From Candidatus Aenigmatarchaeota archaeon (GTDB lineage: Archaea; Aenigmatarchaeota; Aenigmatarchaeia; GW2011-AR5): DNA of 51,340 nt. Below are positions 9,241 through 18,441 of the stretch, piece by piece. Within the stretch, counting starts at the first letter, position 1. Every line of letters begins with the position of its first letter. The notes beneath the pieces are model-generated. The model saw nothing but the letters and a program-made list of their open reading frames with translations, made no database searches and was not told the origin of the DNA. The position numbers were made by a program, and so were the translations under genes. The DNA lies in NCBI GenBank assembly GCA_041645025.1, contig JBAZQV010000002.1:1-51340 (forward strand), in the 5' to 3' direction.

Positions 9241-10386
9241 ATGAGGCTGAATCTCAAAAATCCGTCAGAAGTGAAGGTGTCTCTCTTATCTCATGGCATC
9301 AATTGTGTTGCTGATATGTTCGCTAACTTTGATAGAGATTTCTATTGGAATCGTTATGTATACGGAAATACGAGCACGGCGGAAAAACATCACAGATTTC
9401 CACAAGTGCTTTTACTCGGTAACGGCGTAGTTTCGGCGTTTCTGCGAAGAGGGGGAACCCCGTGGGCATTGAAAAATGAAGGCAACAACGCTGTCGGTCT
9501 GTATCATGAAGGAACGTACGTACAGGATGTTGGTCTACCAGAAACACCTGCGTATTATGGAAAACGATTATCGGACGGCTCACTATCGGACAATGTGATC
9601 GCTGTGGCGGGGGAACAAACACCTGGATTTTTTCTCTATCCGGAATGCTATTATTTCAACGAGGGGTCATTTTGCAAATTTTGTTCATTAAAACCAACGC
9701 GAAGAACGGTTGCTGAAGAACTCGAAGCTGAATTCGAAAATGCTAGAATATCAGAGGCTACTAGGTTATTTCAGAATACTTCCTGGAGAGATATACCACT
9801 CGTTTCTATAACTGCCGGAACAGCCAGAACAGACTTAGGAACGCAGAGAGGAATCATTGATAGAATTAGGGCTGTTTACGATGCCTTAGATCCAAAAATC
9901 CCAATTCACACCCTTGTTCACCCGCCGCATGACTTTGACTTGATAGACGAATACAGGGACGCAGGAGTAACATCCATTGCATTTAATATCGAAGTTTATG
10001 ACAGAAGCGTTTTCGCTAGGGTTGCCCCAGGAAAAAATAAAGATTATGGTTATGACAAATGGATGGATGCAGTCCGACATGCGCGCGACGTATTTGGCGA
10101 TTATAATGCATTCTGCGGACTGGTATGGGGACTAGAGCCTGCAGAGAATGTAAAAAGAGCGCATCGTGAATATCTGGATCAGGGAATAGGCATTACATCT
10201 AATATCTTTCACAGTGATCCAAGGACGCCTATGAGACAGCATCCACACCCATCGGAAGAGTATATAATGGATATTGCCGAAGATCAGGCAAACCTATACG
10301 ATGCGTATCCTAATGCGCGTACTATTTTTTCCGTGAGTATGAGAAGTACAATCGACTGGGAAATCCATCGTGGTGATTATCGATGA
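9241..10386 (+). CDS. Radical SAM-like enzyme (381 aa) with an atypical C-x8-C-x2-C cluster motif and an N-terminal ~130 aa extension
   Basis: PECYYFNEGSFCKFCSL replaces the canonical CX3CX2C. TIM-barrel-like downstream motifs are present (SITAGTAR, SIAFNIEVYDRSVFARVAPGK, CGLVWGLEP). The stop overlaps the next gene (ATGA). Confidence 0.5.
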   Translation: MRLNLKNPSEVKVSLLSHGINCVADMFANFDRDFYWNRYVYGNTSTAEKHHRFPQVLLLGNGVVSAFLRRGGTPWALKNEGNNAVGLYHEGTYVQDVGLPETPAYYGKRLSDGSLSDNVIAVAGEQTPGFFLYPECYYFNEGSFCKFCSLKPTRRTVAEELEAEFENARISEATRLFQNTSWRDIPLVSITAGTARTDLGTQRGIIDRIRAVYDALDPKIPIHTLVHPPHDFDLIDEYRDAGVTSIAFNIEVYDRSVFARVAPGKNKDYGYDKWMDAVRHARDVFGDYNAFCGLVWGLEPAENVKRAHREYLDQGIGITSNIFHSDPRTPMRQHPHPSEEYIMDIAEDQANLYDAYPNARTIFSVSMRSTIDWEIHRGDYR

Positions 10387-11537
10387 AATTTTATGTTGAT
10401 TGCGTGGGCTGTGAACAAAGACAGCTCGATGCACAGCGAATAATTAACTATCTTAATGAAAACGGTCATGAACAGAGTAGTTCTCCAAGCGCAGCAGACT
10501 ACACTGTACTTGTTACTTGTGCCGTCAATAGATCGGCGGAAAGAGCCTCCTTGAAGAGGGTATCGGAACTGTCAGGAGAAGCTTCAAAACCGGAGAATCT
10601 TATTATCAGCGGATGTCTTCCAGACATTAGTCCCGATCAGTTAGGAGCTTACGGCACTTTTCCTGTGGTTTCTCCAAAACGACTAGAGAATTTTGATGTT
10701 TTACTGGAACCTTACGTTACAGTTCCTATGAGCGACATTGCATACCCAAATTCTTCCATTTTCGATACACGACAAGACCCAATTGGATTGCTCAACGAAC
10801 TCTCGCCTCGCGATGAATACGATTTGGCGAAAAATGGGTACAAGATTCGCGTCAACAATGGCTGTCTGATGGACTGCTCGTATTGTGTTATCAAGGATGC
10901 AATGGGGAGAGTTGTTTCCGTCCCTTTCGATGAACTTGTCCGTCAGTTTGAAGCTGCAGCCGTTAGAAAAGAACCTACCATTATGTTCATGGGTGGCGAT
11001 ACGGGGGCTTACGGCTATGATCTTGATTCGGTGGTGAGATTTTATACACTACTCGAAAGGACTCTTGGTGTTCAGGGTGATCACCGTGTATTTGTGCACG
11101 ACTTCAACGCAAACTGGTATTTGCGCAACGCAGATGATTACGACGCTATTTTCGCAAATAACGAGAATCGTGGCAGGTTAAGAGGCGTCATGATTCCAGT
11201 TCAATCCGGCAGCGACAAAATCCTCAAGCTCATGAAACGCCCATACAAAGCAAAAGACGTTTCCGAACGCCTTGGAAGAATAAAAAGAGAATACCCGTCA
11301 CTTCATTTAGGGACTCATATCATAACTGGGTTTCCTTCGGAAACGCAGGAAGATTTTGACCTGACATTAAACCTGCTTGATCGCGTAGGCTTTGATTTCA
11401 TGAGTGTCTTTGTATATTCTGAACACAAAAGAGCTAAATCATCTCCATTAGAAGAAAAAATAGACCCGGAGATTGCAAAAAACAGGGCGTTGCATATAGC
11501 TGACCGATTTGGTGAGTTGGCAAAGGTGTTTGAATAA
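10383..11537 (+). CDS. MiaB/RimO-family radical SAM methylthiotransferase lacking a C-terminal TRAM domain (384 aa)
   Basis: N-terminal MTTase domain has three conserved Cys (VDCVGCEQ, VLVTCAVNRSAE, IISGCLPD). Radical SAM motif NNGCLMDCSYCVI. Family signatures PVQSGSDKILKLMKRPY and IITGFPSETQEDFDLTL. The protein ends ~60 aa short of where a TRAM domain would lie. Confidence 0.8.
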   Translation: MKFYVDCVGCEQRQLDAQRIINYLNENGHEQSSSPSAADYTVLVTCAVNRSAERASLKRVSELSGEASKPENLIISGCLPDISPDQLGAYGTFPVVSPKRLENFDVLLEPYVTVPMSDIAYPNSSIFDTRQDPIGLLNELSPRDEYDLAKNGYKIRVNNGCLMDCSYCVIKDAMGRVVSVPFDELVRQFEAAAVRKEPTIMFMGGDTGAYGYDLDSVVRFYTLLERTLGVQGDHRVFVHDFNANWYLRNADDYDAIFANNENRGRLRGVMIPVQSGSDKILKLMKRPYKAKDVSERLGRIKREYPSLHLGTHIITGFPSETQEDFDLTLNLLDRVGFDFMSVFVYSEHKRAKSSPLEEKIDPEIAKNRALHIADRFGELAKVFE

Positions 11538-11539
11538 TT

Positions 11540-12418
11540 ATGGCACAACTATCCATTGACGATAATTTCAGCGCGTATCATGGAAGCTTTGATATCCGTA
11601 GAGATACGTACGCTGTTGCCGTGTGCGTCGAAGGAAGCATTGTTAACGGATTTGTACGCGGCTTAGACTCGACGTCATTGCGTTGCGCGCTTTCATCAGT
11701 TACATCCGCCCTAGAAGACAGATATCTGGACGATGTTGTTGGAAGGGCTACAAACGAACATATAGGACTTTACATATTACATCAACTTTTGTTGCATCCT
11801 TTATCTCTTGTAAGAATCGTCGGAGACGGACATGGTATTGAAGTATACCCAACAGATATTAGCGCTAATTATCCGACCCGATTGTTGTACGAGCGAGCTC
11901 GAAGCCTGCTATATAGAGACAAACCTGCTGAAGCAATTAAAATTGTATCACAATCCATAGATTCAGACAACACGTTTGCACCAGCTTATAATCTACGCGG
12001 GAGATGTCACAGGACGACAGGACAATGGCACGCTGCCCTACCTGATTTTGAAAAAGCTATAAGTCTCGATCCAAACTTCGGAGAAGCCTATCGAAATGCC
12101 GGAAATGCGCTATACTACCTTGGTAGAACCGACGAGATGATAGACGCCTTTACAAAAGCAGTCGAGTTAATGCCGACGTCTGCTTTGGCAATTAATAACA
12201 GGGGATTTGCCCACCAACGATTACAGGAGTGGGAGCTAGCCTTAGCCGACCATACTAGGGCACTCGAACTTGACTATAATTATGCTGAAGCGCATACCGA
12301 CATGGCAGCAGCATTGAAGGCATTGGGGAGAGCGGAAGAGGCGATAGAATACGAAAGCTTAGCGCAAGAATTACATGTAACGGGGAGAGATACGTATGCG
12401 ACGAAATTATTTTACTGA
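11540..12418 (+). CDS. Fusion protein: N-terminal QueD/PTPS-like (T-fold-like, probably degenerate) domain plus C-terminal TPR repeats (292 aa)
   Basis: At least four TPR units are clear (AYNLRGRCHRTTGQWHAALPDFEKAISLDPNF, GEAYRNAGNALYYLGRTDEMIDAFTKAVELMP, ..NNRGFAHQRLQEWELALADHTRALELDYNY, AEAHTDMAAALKALGRAEEAIEY). The N-terminal part (FSAYHG..YAVAVCVEGSIVNGFV..LDDVVGRATNEHIGLYILHQL..VRIVGDGHGIEVY) follows the PTPS/QueD pattern by eye, but the HGH metal motif is absent. Confidence 0.55.
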   Translation: MAQLSIDDNFSAYHGSFDIRRDTYAVAVCVEGSIVNGFVRGLDSTSLRCALSSVTSALEDRYLDDVVGRATNEHIGLYILHQLLLHPLSLVRIVGDGHGIEVYPTDISANYPTRLLYERARSLLYRDKPAEAIKIVSQSIDSDNTFAPAYNLRGRCHRTTGQWHAALPDFEKAISLDPNFGEAYRNAGNALYYLGRTDEMIDAFTKAVELMPTSALAINNRGFAHQRLQEWELALADHTRALELDYNYAEAHTDMAAALKALGRAEEAIEYESLAQELHVTGRDTYATKLFY

Positions 12419-12426
12419 GGTGTAAT

Positions 12427-13389
12427 ATGGCAAAGTTACACTATGGCATTGCAGCATATAACGAGGAAAGTCGGATTGGAGAGTGCCTTGAATCGCTGGC
12501 CGTCCAGGAAATTGATGGAACACAAGTTGAGACGATTGTATGTCTGAACGGATGCAATGATAATACAGGAGTTGTAGTTAGAGAGGCTCAGAAGCGATAT
12601 CCTAAGCTGAATATTAGAATCTCTCATAGCAAGAAAGGAAAAGTTTTCGCACATAATGAAATTGTTAGACAAACAGAAGATGACGGAGAGCCTGTCGCTT
12701 TTGTTGATGGCGATGTACGGCTTGATAGCAAAGCTATCAACATTCTCTACAGAGAATTGCAGGAAGTGGATAGTCTACAAGCCGTCGGCGGTCTGCCAGT
12801 TCCATACCGCCCTTCTGATTTATCGCTGTGGGAATCCTTTCTTTATGAAGTTCTTCATGCGCGTGCACTCTTTCCCCAGTCGGAAGTATCTACTCATGAT
12901 GTAAGTAGCTATAAACCATTTGCAGATACAAAACCACAATCTGGCATCGACCCTAATTTCGAAAAACGATCCAAGATTTATTTTCATGGAAGATTATTCA
13001 TGCTCCGTAATAAAGGAGTTTTTCAGATGCCAGAAGACGGAAATCTGGCCGACGACAGTTTCTTGCCTAACATGATACACACAAAATACGGTCCGGGGTC
13101 TTCACGAACATGCTATGGCGCAATTGCCTATTACGAACCCTACCTTTCACTTCGCGATCATTTCAATGCATACCGAAGAGTTCATGCGCAGCTTCGTTAT
13201 CTGGACCGTCATTTCGAAGAGTTTACACAATCGCGAGAAATGGAACAGACAAAATTAGATTGGGATTACATCCGATCAACGGGTTTGGCAAACGTCGCCC
13301 GTTTTGCTGTATACTCACTGATAAGAAGAACAGAGAATGCGTTGTACCGCCTCCTGCCAGAACTGCCGCCCACAGAACTGTGGAAATAG
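12427..13389 (+). CDS. Family 2 (GT-A) glycosyltransferase, 320 aa
   Basis: N-terminal YGIAAYNEESRIGECLESLAVQ..ETIVCLNGCNDNT and DxD-like VDGDV. Confidence 0.75.
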   Translation: MAKLHYGIAAYNEESRIGECLESLAVQEIDGTQVETIVCLNGCNDNTGVVVREAQKRYPKLNIRISHSKKGKVFAHNEIVRQTEDDGEPVAFVDGDVRLDSKAINILYRELQEVDSLQAVGGLPVPYRPSDLSLWESFLYEVLHARALFPQSEVSTHDVSSYKPFADTKPQSGIDPNFEKRSKIYFHGRLFMLRNKGVFQMPEDGNLADDSFLPNMIHTKYGPGSSRTCYGAIAYYEPYLSLRDHFNAYRRVHAQLRYLDRHFEEFTQSREMEQTKLDWDYIRSTGLANVARFAVYSLIRRTENALYRLLPELPPTELWK

Positions 13390-13422
13390 CAATTCTTAAA
13401 CATTTTATTCTATGAATATTAC

Positions 13423-13914
13423 ATGACTTACTACATTATTATCCGAGGTCCTGCAGCTAGCGGCAAGTCCACGATAGCAAGAAGATTAGCTAAGGAACTA
13501 AATGCTTATAGTATTCATCTAGATTCTGTTCTCGCCAAGCATAAGCTCGACAAGATTAAACGCGGTGGCATCAGCACGGAAAATTTCATTAAAGGAAACG
13601 CTCTGATTATAGACAAGATAAATAAAAGATTAGAAAGGGGTCAGATAGTTATTATAGATGCATGCTTTTATCGTAAGAGACATCTAGATGATTTGGTTAA
13701 GAATCTTCCACATAAGCATCTTATTTTTTCATTGAAGGCGTCAGTGGAAGAATGTATAAGAAGAAATAAATCACGCACTAGCGGAATGACCGAAAAAGAT
13801 ATACGTGATGTCTTTGCTCTTGTTTCTAGACTAAAGACAGAATTGTACATCGACACAGAAGGTAAAGTTATCAATGAAATTATTTCAGAAATGAAGAGAC
13901 ACCTTCCGCACTAA
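13423..13914 (+). CDS. Small P-loop kinase/ATPase (163 aa); paralog of 49933..50430
   Basis: Walker A IIIRGPAASGKSTIARRLA. Shares IDACFYRKRHLDDLVKNLPHKHLIFSLKASVEECIRRNKSR with the second copy (FDGCFYHKTQIIHLTKNLPYHHFIFTLKANVEECIRRDVKR). Confidence 0.7.
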   Translation: MTYYIIIRGPAASGKSTIARRLAKELNAYSIHLDSVLAKHKLDKIKRGGISTENFIKGNALIIDKINKRLERGQIVIIDACFYRKRHLDDLVKNLPHKHLIFSLKASVEECIRRNKSRTSGMTEKDIRDVFALVSRLKTELYIDTEGKVINEIISEMKRHLPH

Positions 13915-14102
13915 CCAGAGAGTACAACATGCGCAATAGATGCCCAATCAGGGCAATGAATAACATTCGTTTTTTACGACTGTCCACACTTTCCCGCAAG
14001 ATAAAGTCTTCCATGATAAGTTCCCATGTAATCAGAAAGTTTTTCATTATCGTCAACAAGACCTTCGACTGATAGATAAAGAAACTCTAAGAAATCACTT
14101 AT

Positions 14103-15749
14103 CTAGAACTCGTTCATGCGATTCTTTAATATAGCAGCCGCCTTCTCGCAGCCGATGGCACAGATGAATTGGGCGAGGCGCGGGCCGCGCAGGCTGTTCA
14201 GCAGAAGAACATAGGTTGCTTCGAAGAATTTTCCCATTTCCAAGCCGTCTTCTTTTGGTATGGCGTACAGGCGCGCATAAAGCTCTTCTTCTTCCCAGTC
14301 TTTGTTTTCAAGTTCGTAGATAAGTTTCTTTATGGATTTTTTCTGTTCATCACTGAGAGCATAGACTATCTTTTCTTCAGGCACGGTGTCGTTTATCCAA
14401 TTTGTGACATAGCTTATGCGGGCAGTCAGCTCTTCTTTATCCATTTCATTTAGCTGCTGGGGCACGTGACCTGTTCTTTTTAATATGGACTTGACAACAT
14501 CCTGATTTTTTGCTATGCGCATAAGATTGGCAAGCATGTTGTATTGCACAATTACTTTGCTCTCGCTCGGCGTTTCAAGGAAATTCACAAATTCAAACAG
14601 CCGCTTCTGGTGTTCAAGTTCTTTTTGGTTTGCTGTTTTCACTTTTCCAACTCGAGAAAGGCTTTGATCTTTCTGAGTCCCTGAAAAGCCTTGCTTTTCA
14701 CGAAAATAAATTTTTTCCAGCTCGTCAACCTCATCCATGTAAGCTGGTATGGCGTCAGGATCGACAACCCTGCTTGTACCTAGGCGCTTCAGGAACAGCA
14801 GCCGCAGGCTCAGTGGTGATGCGTATTTCATCCATCTTGCCGGCGTGAAGACGTTGCCGGCGCTTTTTGAGATTTTTTTGCCTGATCGCTCTGTGAATAA
14901 TTCGTAGAAAGAATGGATGGGTGGTTCCCAACTGAATATTTCCTTACTGATGCGGTCGTTGCATCTTACACTGTCAAGTATGTCTTTTCCAAAAGCCTCA
15001 TAATTAATATTGAGCGCAGCCCATCTTGCGGCGAACTCCACTTTCCATGCCAGCTTGCCGTCGCGCAGGCCGCAGACTCCATCATGGCCGCAGCCTTTCA
15101 CCTCAATGATTTTTCCGGTGTTGCTGTTCTTTCCCTCAAAAGTTTGATCACACTTGTAGTGGATTTCCCCGTCAGCGAACCGATAGGCGCGGGTTGTGTA
15201 GATTTTGCCGCATTTTTCGCACACAGCCATATAGGGCAGCTGTGCAATGTATTTATCCTGTCCTGTAACCTCGCGTATTATTTCGCCGCAGCGCTTCGCA
15301 TTTTTCAACGCGATAATTATCTGCTTGTCAAGAGTGCCTTTTGCATATTCTTCATGGGCGCGTAGCAACCGGAATTGAACGCCTAAGCGGTCGAAAGCGT
15401 CTGTGAGCAGCTGGCCAATGTGCAGTGCCATGTTTTTGTGGCAGCCGAATGGGTCGTCTATTGCAGATACAGGTTTGCCTATTTCACTCTCGGCGACGGG
15501 AAACCCTACAGGAACCTTTCTTAATCCGTCCCTGTCATCGCTAAAGGCAATAAACTCGCTTTTTACGCCTAATTCTTTCAAAGCCAGGTTAACTACAAAG
15601 GAGCGTATGCCATCACCAGTTGAACCTACATGGGGGATGCCGCTGGCACCAAGACCCATTTCTGTTCTGAACTTTGATACCCTGTTGAGCTTCTGTTCCC
15701 TGTCGACAATTTCCTTTGCAACTTGGTCTGCCCAAAAATTTGATGACAT
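14103..15749 (-). CDS. lysS: Class I lysyl-tRNA synthetase (archaeal type), 548 aa
   Basis: HIGH-type motif GIPHVGSTGD, KMSKS-type motif GKKISKSAGN, Zn-knuckle-like CEKCGK..CGHDGVC. Length is typical of LysRS-I. Confidence 0.9.
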   Translation of the reverse strand: MSSNFWADQVAKEIVDREQKLNRVSKFRTEMGLGASGIPHVGSTGDGIRSFVVNLALKELGVKSEFIAFSDDRDGLRKVPVGFPVAESEIGKPVSAIDDPFGCHKNMALHIGQLLTDAFDRLGVQFRLLRAHEEYAKGTLDKQIIIALKNAKRCGEIIREVTGQDKYIAQLPYMAVCEKCGKIYTTRAYRFADGEIHYKCDQTFEGKNSNTGKIIEVKGCGHDGVCGLRDGKLAWKVEFAARWAALNINYEAFGKDILDSVRCNDRISKEIFSWEPPIHSFYELFTERSGKKISKSAGNVFTPARWMKYASPLSLRLLFLKRLGTSRVVDPDAIPAYMDEVDELEKIYFREKQGFSGTQKDQSLSRVGKVKTANQKELEHQKRLFEFVNFLETPSESKVIVQYNMLANLMRIAKNQDVVKSILKRTGHVPQQLNEMDKEELTARISYVTNWINDTVPEEKIVYALSDEQKKSIKKLIYELENKDWEEEELYARLYAIPKEDGLEMGKFFEATYVLLLNSLRGPRLAQFICAIGCEKAAAILKNRMNEF

Positions 15750-15753
15750 GATA

Positions 15754-16143
15754 TCACTTCACAAACTCAACATTATTCATGCTTTTGAATTCTTTGTCCC
15801 CTGTCAGGAATTTAACATTATTTTCAATAGACATTATGTACCCGAGGTAATCTACATAGCTAAGATTCTTGCTCCTGTTTAAAAACCTGAATTTTGCAGC
15901 ATTTTTTATCGTCTCCTCATTGTACGATATTGCAAAATTGAGGAATATTTTGTAGTAAACCTCTGCCACACGTTCGTTGTAGTTAAGCAGCAGGGCATAA
16001 TAAAGCTCCAACAGGTTGAGCATGGAAGTTAGCTTGTTAGCGTTCTTGTATTTTTCATAATTGCTATTGCCTTTTATGAGTTCAATTAATGCGTAAGTAT
16101 CAAAGAAGAAAGTTTTAGTCATTCCAAAGCTCCTTGTCAACAA
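15754..16143 (-). CDS. vapC: PIN-domain toxin (VapC-like), 129 aa
   Basis: N-terminal acidic motif FFFDTYALIEL and C-terminal YVDYLGYIMSIENNVKFLTGDKEF. Overlaps the upstream AbrB-type gene. Confidence 0.75.
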   Translation of the reverse strand: MLTRSFGMTKTFFFDTYALIELIKGNSNYEKYKNANKLTSMLNLLELYYALLLNYNERVAEVYYKIFLNFAISYNEETIKNAAKFRFLNRSKNLSYVDYLGYIMSIENNVKFLTGDKEFKSMNNVEFVK

Positions 16144-16342
16144 CTTTCAATATTCTGCTTGTTGGTTTCTTCCAGTCTTTGAGAGAGCCGAATACCTTAT
16201 TCATGTTAATCTTTGAAGGCTTTCTCAGTATTATCTCAACTTTTTGCCCATCCTTTAGATTCTCTTTTCTTATTATTTCGTTTGGTATTATCACACCAAA
16301 GGAGTTGCCCCACTTCTTTATCCTTCCCTCAAGCTCAGACAT
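16115..16342 (-). CDS. vapB: AbrB/MazE-fold antitoxin (VapB-like), 75 aa, start trimmed to the internal ATG
   Basis: MSELEGRIKKWGNSFGVIIPNEIIRKENLKDGQKVEIIL is a SpoVT/AbrB swapped-hairpin motif. The 48 codons upstream in the ORF track are low-complexity (FFYYFFVYLNYF) and lie in the divergent promoter region. Confidence 0.7.
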   Translation of the reverse strand: MSELEGRIKKWGNSFGVIIPNEIIRKENLKDGQKVEIILRKPSKINMNKVFGSLKDWKKPTSRILKVVDKELWND

Positions 16343-16393
16343 ATTATCACCAGTTATACAATGTATAACTAAGTATATAAAGTTGTTTGACAA

Positions 16394-16777
16394 ATGATTA
16401 ATCTTATGGCCGAAATAAAATACTTGACAAAGGAGGAAATAGTTAAGATACACGAAGAAATAATAGAAAAATTTGGAGGTACGCAAGGTCTGTTAAATGA
16501 AGGCTTACTTGATTTGGTTTTAGATCAGATGAGAATTTCTAAAGATATTATCCAGAAGTCTATTATACTTCTTTTTGGTATTATTCAAGATCACCCGTTT
16601 TTGGATGGAAATAAGAGAACCGCACTGGAAAGCTTCTATACCTTCCTCAATTACAACTCTATTAACCTTGAAATAAAAGATATAAATGAAACAGAGTCTA
16701 TAATACTTAAGATAGCAAAGAATGAAATAAGCAGAAATATTGTCAGGAAATGGATAGAAAGTTTAATTTGTGATTAA
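16394..16777 (+). CDS. doc: Fic/Doc-family toxin (death-on-curing type), 127 aa
   Basis: Doc signature IIQDHPFLDGNKRTALESF. Size is typical. Transcribed divergently from vapBC. Confidence 0.8.
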   Translation: MINLMAEIKYLTKEEIVKIHEEIIEKFGGTQGLLNEGLLDLVLDQMRISKDIIQKSIILLFGIIQDHPFLDGNKRTALESFYTFLNYNSINLEIKDINETESIILKIAKNEISRNIVRKWIESLICD

Positions 16778-16778
16778 C

Positions 16779-16862
16779 ATGGTAAGAAAAAACGTAATGA
16801 AAATAGCAAGAACTGGTATGAAAAAACACAAGGACCTTCTCATTAGGCTTGCGAAGAAGTGA
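16779..16862 (+). CDS. Possible 27-aa basic peptide immediately downstream of doc
   Basis: The ATG lies 1 nt after the doc stop. Product MVRKNVMKIARTGMKKHKDLLIRLAKK. No other support. Confidence 0.15.
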   Translation: MVRKNVMKIARTGMKKHKDLLIRLAKK

Positions 16863-16910
16863 AGCCTCTCTAAACGAAGCTTTTATTAACCCTTCCTCCA
16901 AGTTATACAG

Positions 16911-18146
16911 ATGAAACGTTTTCCAATAGATTCTTTGGTGGCAGGAATAATTCTCACGGTGCTTCTGTCTTTCGTATTATCGGCGGATATTGCGCTGTTC
17001 GCAGGTTTCATAGCAGTCATAGCTTTGTTGATATACGGCGACCGCAGAAATGTGAAGCGCGAGGGCATTATCGTCATAAGAAGAACCCAGCGGGGCAGGA
17101 ATTTTATAGACCATGTAGCGAAATCACACAAATGGTTCTGGCGCAAGCTTTCTGTTGTCGGTATTGTTGTTGCAATCATACTGATGTTTGTCGGTTCGCT
17201 GGTGCTCATAACCCAGGCACATGCTGTGATAGAAGGTGCAAAAGACGGCGGCGTCAAGCTCCTTTTACCTGGCCCTGTCGCAGCACCGGTAAATGCGCCG
17301 GGTGTTTTTGTTGTGCCGTGGTGGATATGGGTTATCGGCATAGCTGTCGTGATAGTACCTCATGAGTTCATGCACGGCATCATGTGCCGCATTGACGGCG
17401 TAAGGATAAAATCCGTTGGCTGGCTTCTGCTTATTATAATACCAGGTGCTTTTGTCGAGCCAGACGAGGCCCAGCTGAAAAAGAAAAGCCGGATGACAAA
17501 GCTTAGAGTATACGCAGCCGGCTCCTTTGCAAATATGATTGTTGCTGCTATCGTTCTTGTTATCGCGCTGGTTGTGACGCTGGCGATTTTCTCATCAGGC
17601 GTAGCTGTTCCATATGGCGTGAACTTCGCAGGCACGCTGAACGGCACGCCTGCTTACGCTGCTAATATGACAGGCTCAATAATCCTACTTAATGGCATAG
17701 AAATCAGGAATCAAACAAGTCTCAGCAATGCACTGGAAAAATACAAGGCCGGCGACACTGTTGAGGTTGTAACAGCGGATACTTATTTCATTAGCGGCAT
17801 CCTGCCTTCCGGCATAGTTGATAAGATCAAGCTTCATCAATACAATCTTACACTAGCTAGCCATCCGGAAAAAACTGGCGCGTTTCTTGGCATAGCGGGC
17901 GTAAGCCAATCCATAGTTCTTAACATGAACATGAATGCCTATGCTACAGTCTCTGTGCTGCTTTTGTGGATTTTCCTGTTCTCGTTTGGAATCGGTCTTG
18001 TAAACCTACTTCCAATAAAGCCGCTGGACGGCGGGCTTATATTAGAGGAGCTGGTCGGCGGAAGAAAACGGGTTGTCAAAGTGATTTCAGTGGCGATGCT
18101 GCTTCTGCTTTTGTTCAATCTGATCGGGCCGCTGTTTCTAGTGTAA
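16911..18146 (+). CDS. Site-2 protease (M50 family) with an internal PDZ-like domain, 411 aa
   Basis: HEFMHG (HExxH) lies in a TM segment. NLLPIKPLDGG (NxxPxxxLDG). Multiple TM helices. Confidence 0.85.
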   Translation: MKRFPIDSLVAGIILTVLLSFVLSADIALFAGFIAVIALLIYGDRRNVKREGIIVIRRTQRGRNFIDHVAKSHKWFWRKLSVVGIVVAIILMFVGSLVLITQAHAVIEGAKDGGVKLLLPGPVAAPVNAPGVFVVPWWIWVIGIAVVIVPHEFMHGIMCRIDGVRIKSVGWLLLIIIPGAFVEPDEAQLKKKSRMTKLRVYAAGSFANMIVAAIVLVIALVVTLAIFSSGVAVPYGVNFAGTLNGTPAYAANMTGSIILLNGIEIRNQTSLSNALEKYKAGDTVEVVTADTYFISGILPSGIVDKIKLHQYNLTLASHPEKTGAFLGIAGVSQSIVLNMNMNAYATVSVLLLWIFLFSFGIGLVNLLPIKPLDGGLILEELVGGRKRVVKVISVAMLLLLLFNLIGPLFLV

Positions 18147-18200
18147 GGAAAATCTTTATATATCCTTACTTTCAATAAATAAGTAAGGAGATGGTTTATC

Positions 18201-18440
18201 ATGTCAGAGGAAGGAACTATAACGAGCAAGGGACAATTGACGATACCGAAGGAAATAAGAGACCACTTTGGCTGGAAAGACGGCGAGAAAATAATATTTT
18301 TGGAAAGAGAAGGCGAACTCGCAATAAAGCCGAAAATAAAAGACCCCGTAAAAAAGCTCCACGAATTAAGGAAACAAATACGATTCAGCGAAAAGGAGAT
18401 AGACAGCATGATTAAGGAAAGCAAGAAGGCATGGGATTAG
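18201..18440 (+). CDS. vapB: AbrB/SpoVT-type antitoxin, 79 aa
   Basis: KGQLTIPKEIRDHFGWKDGEKIIF motif. Ends 1 nt before the PIN gene. Confidence 0.75.
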   Translation: MSEEGTITSKGQLTIPKEIRDHFGWKDGEKIIFLEREGELAIKPKIKDPVKKLHELRKQIRFSEKEIDSMIKESKKAWD

Positions 18441-18441
18441 G

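Noticed and set aside
14169-15882. Plus-strand ORFs of 72-159 aa opposite lysS
   Set aside because: They are antisense to a gene with clear HIGH and KMSKS motifs. These are shadow ORFs.
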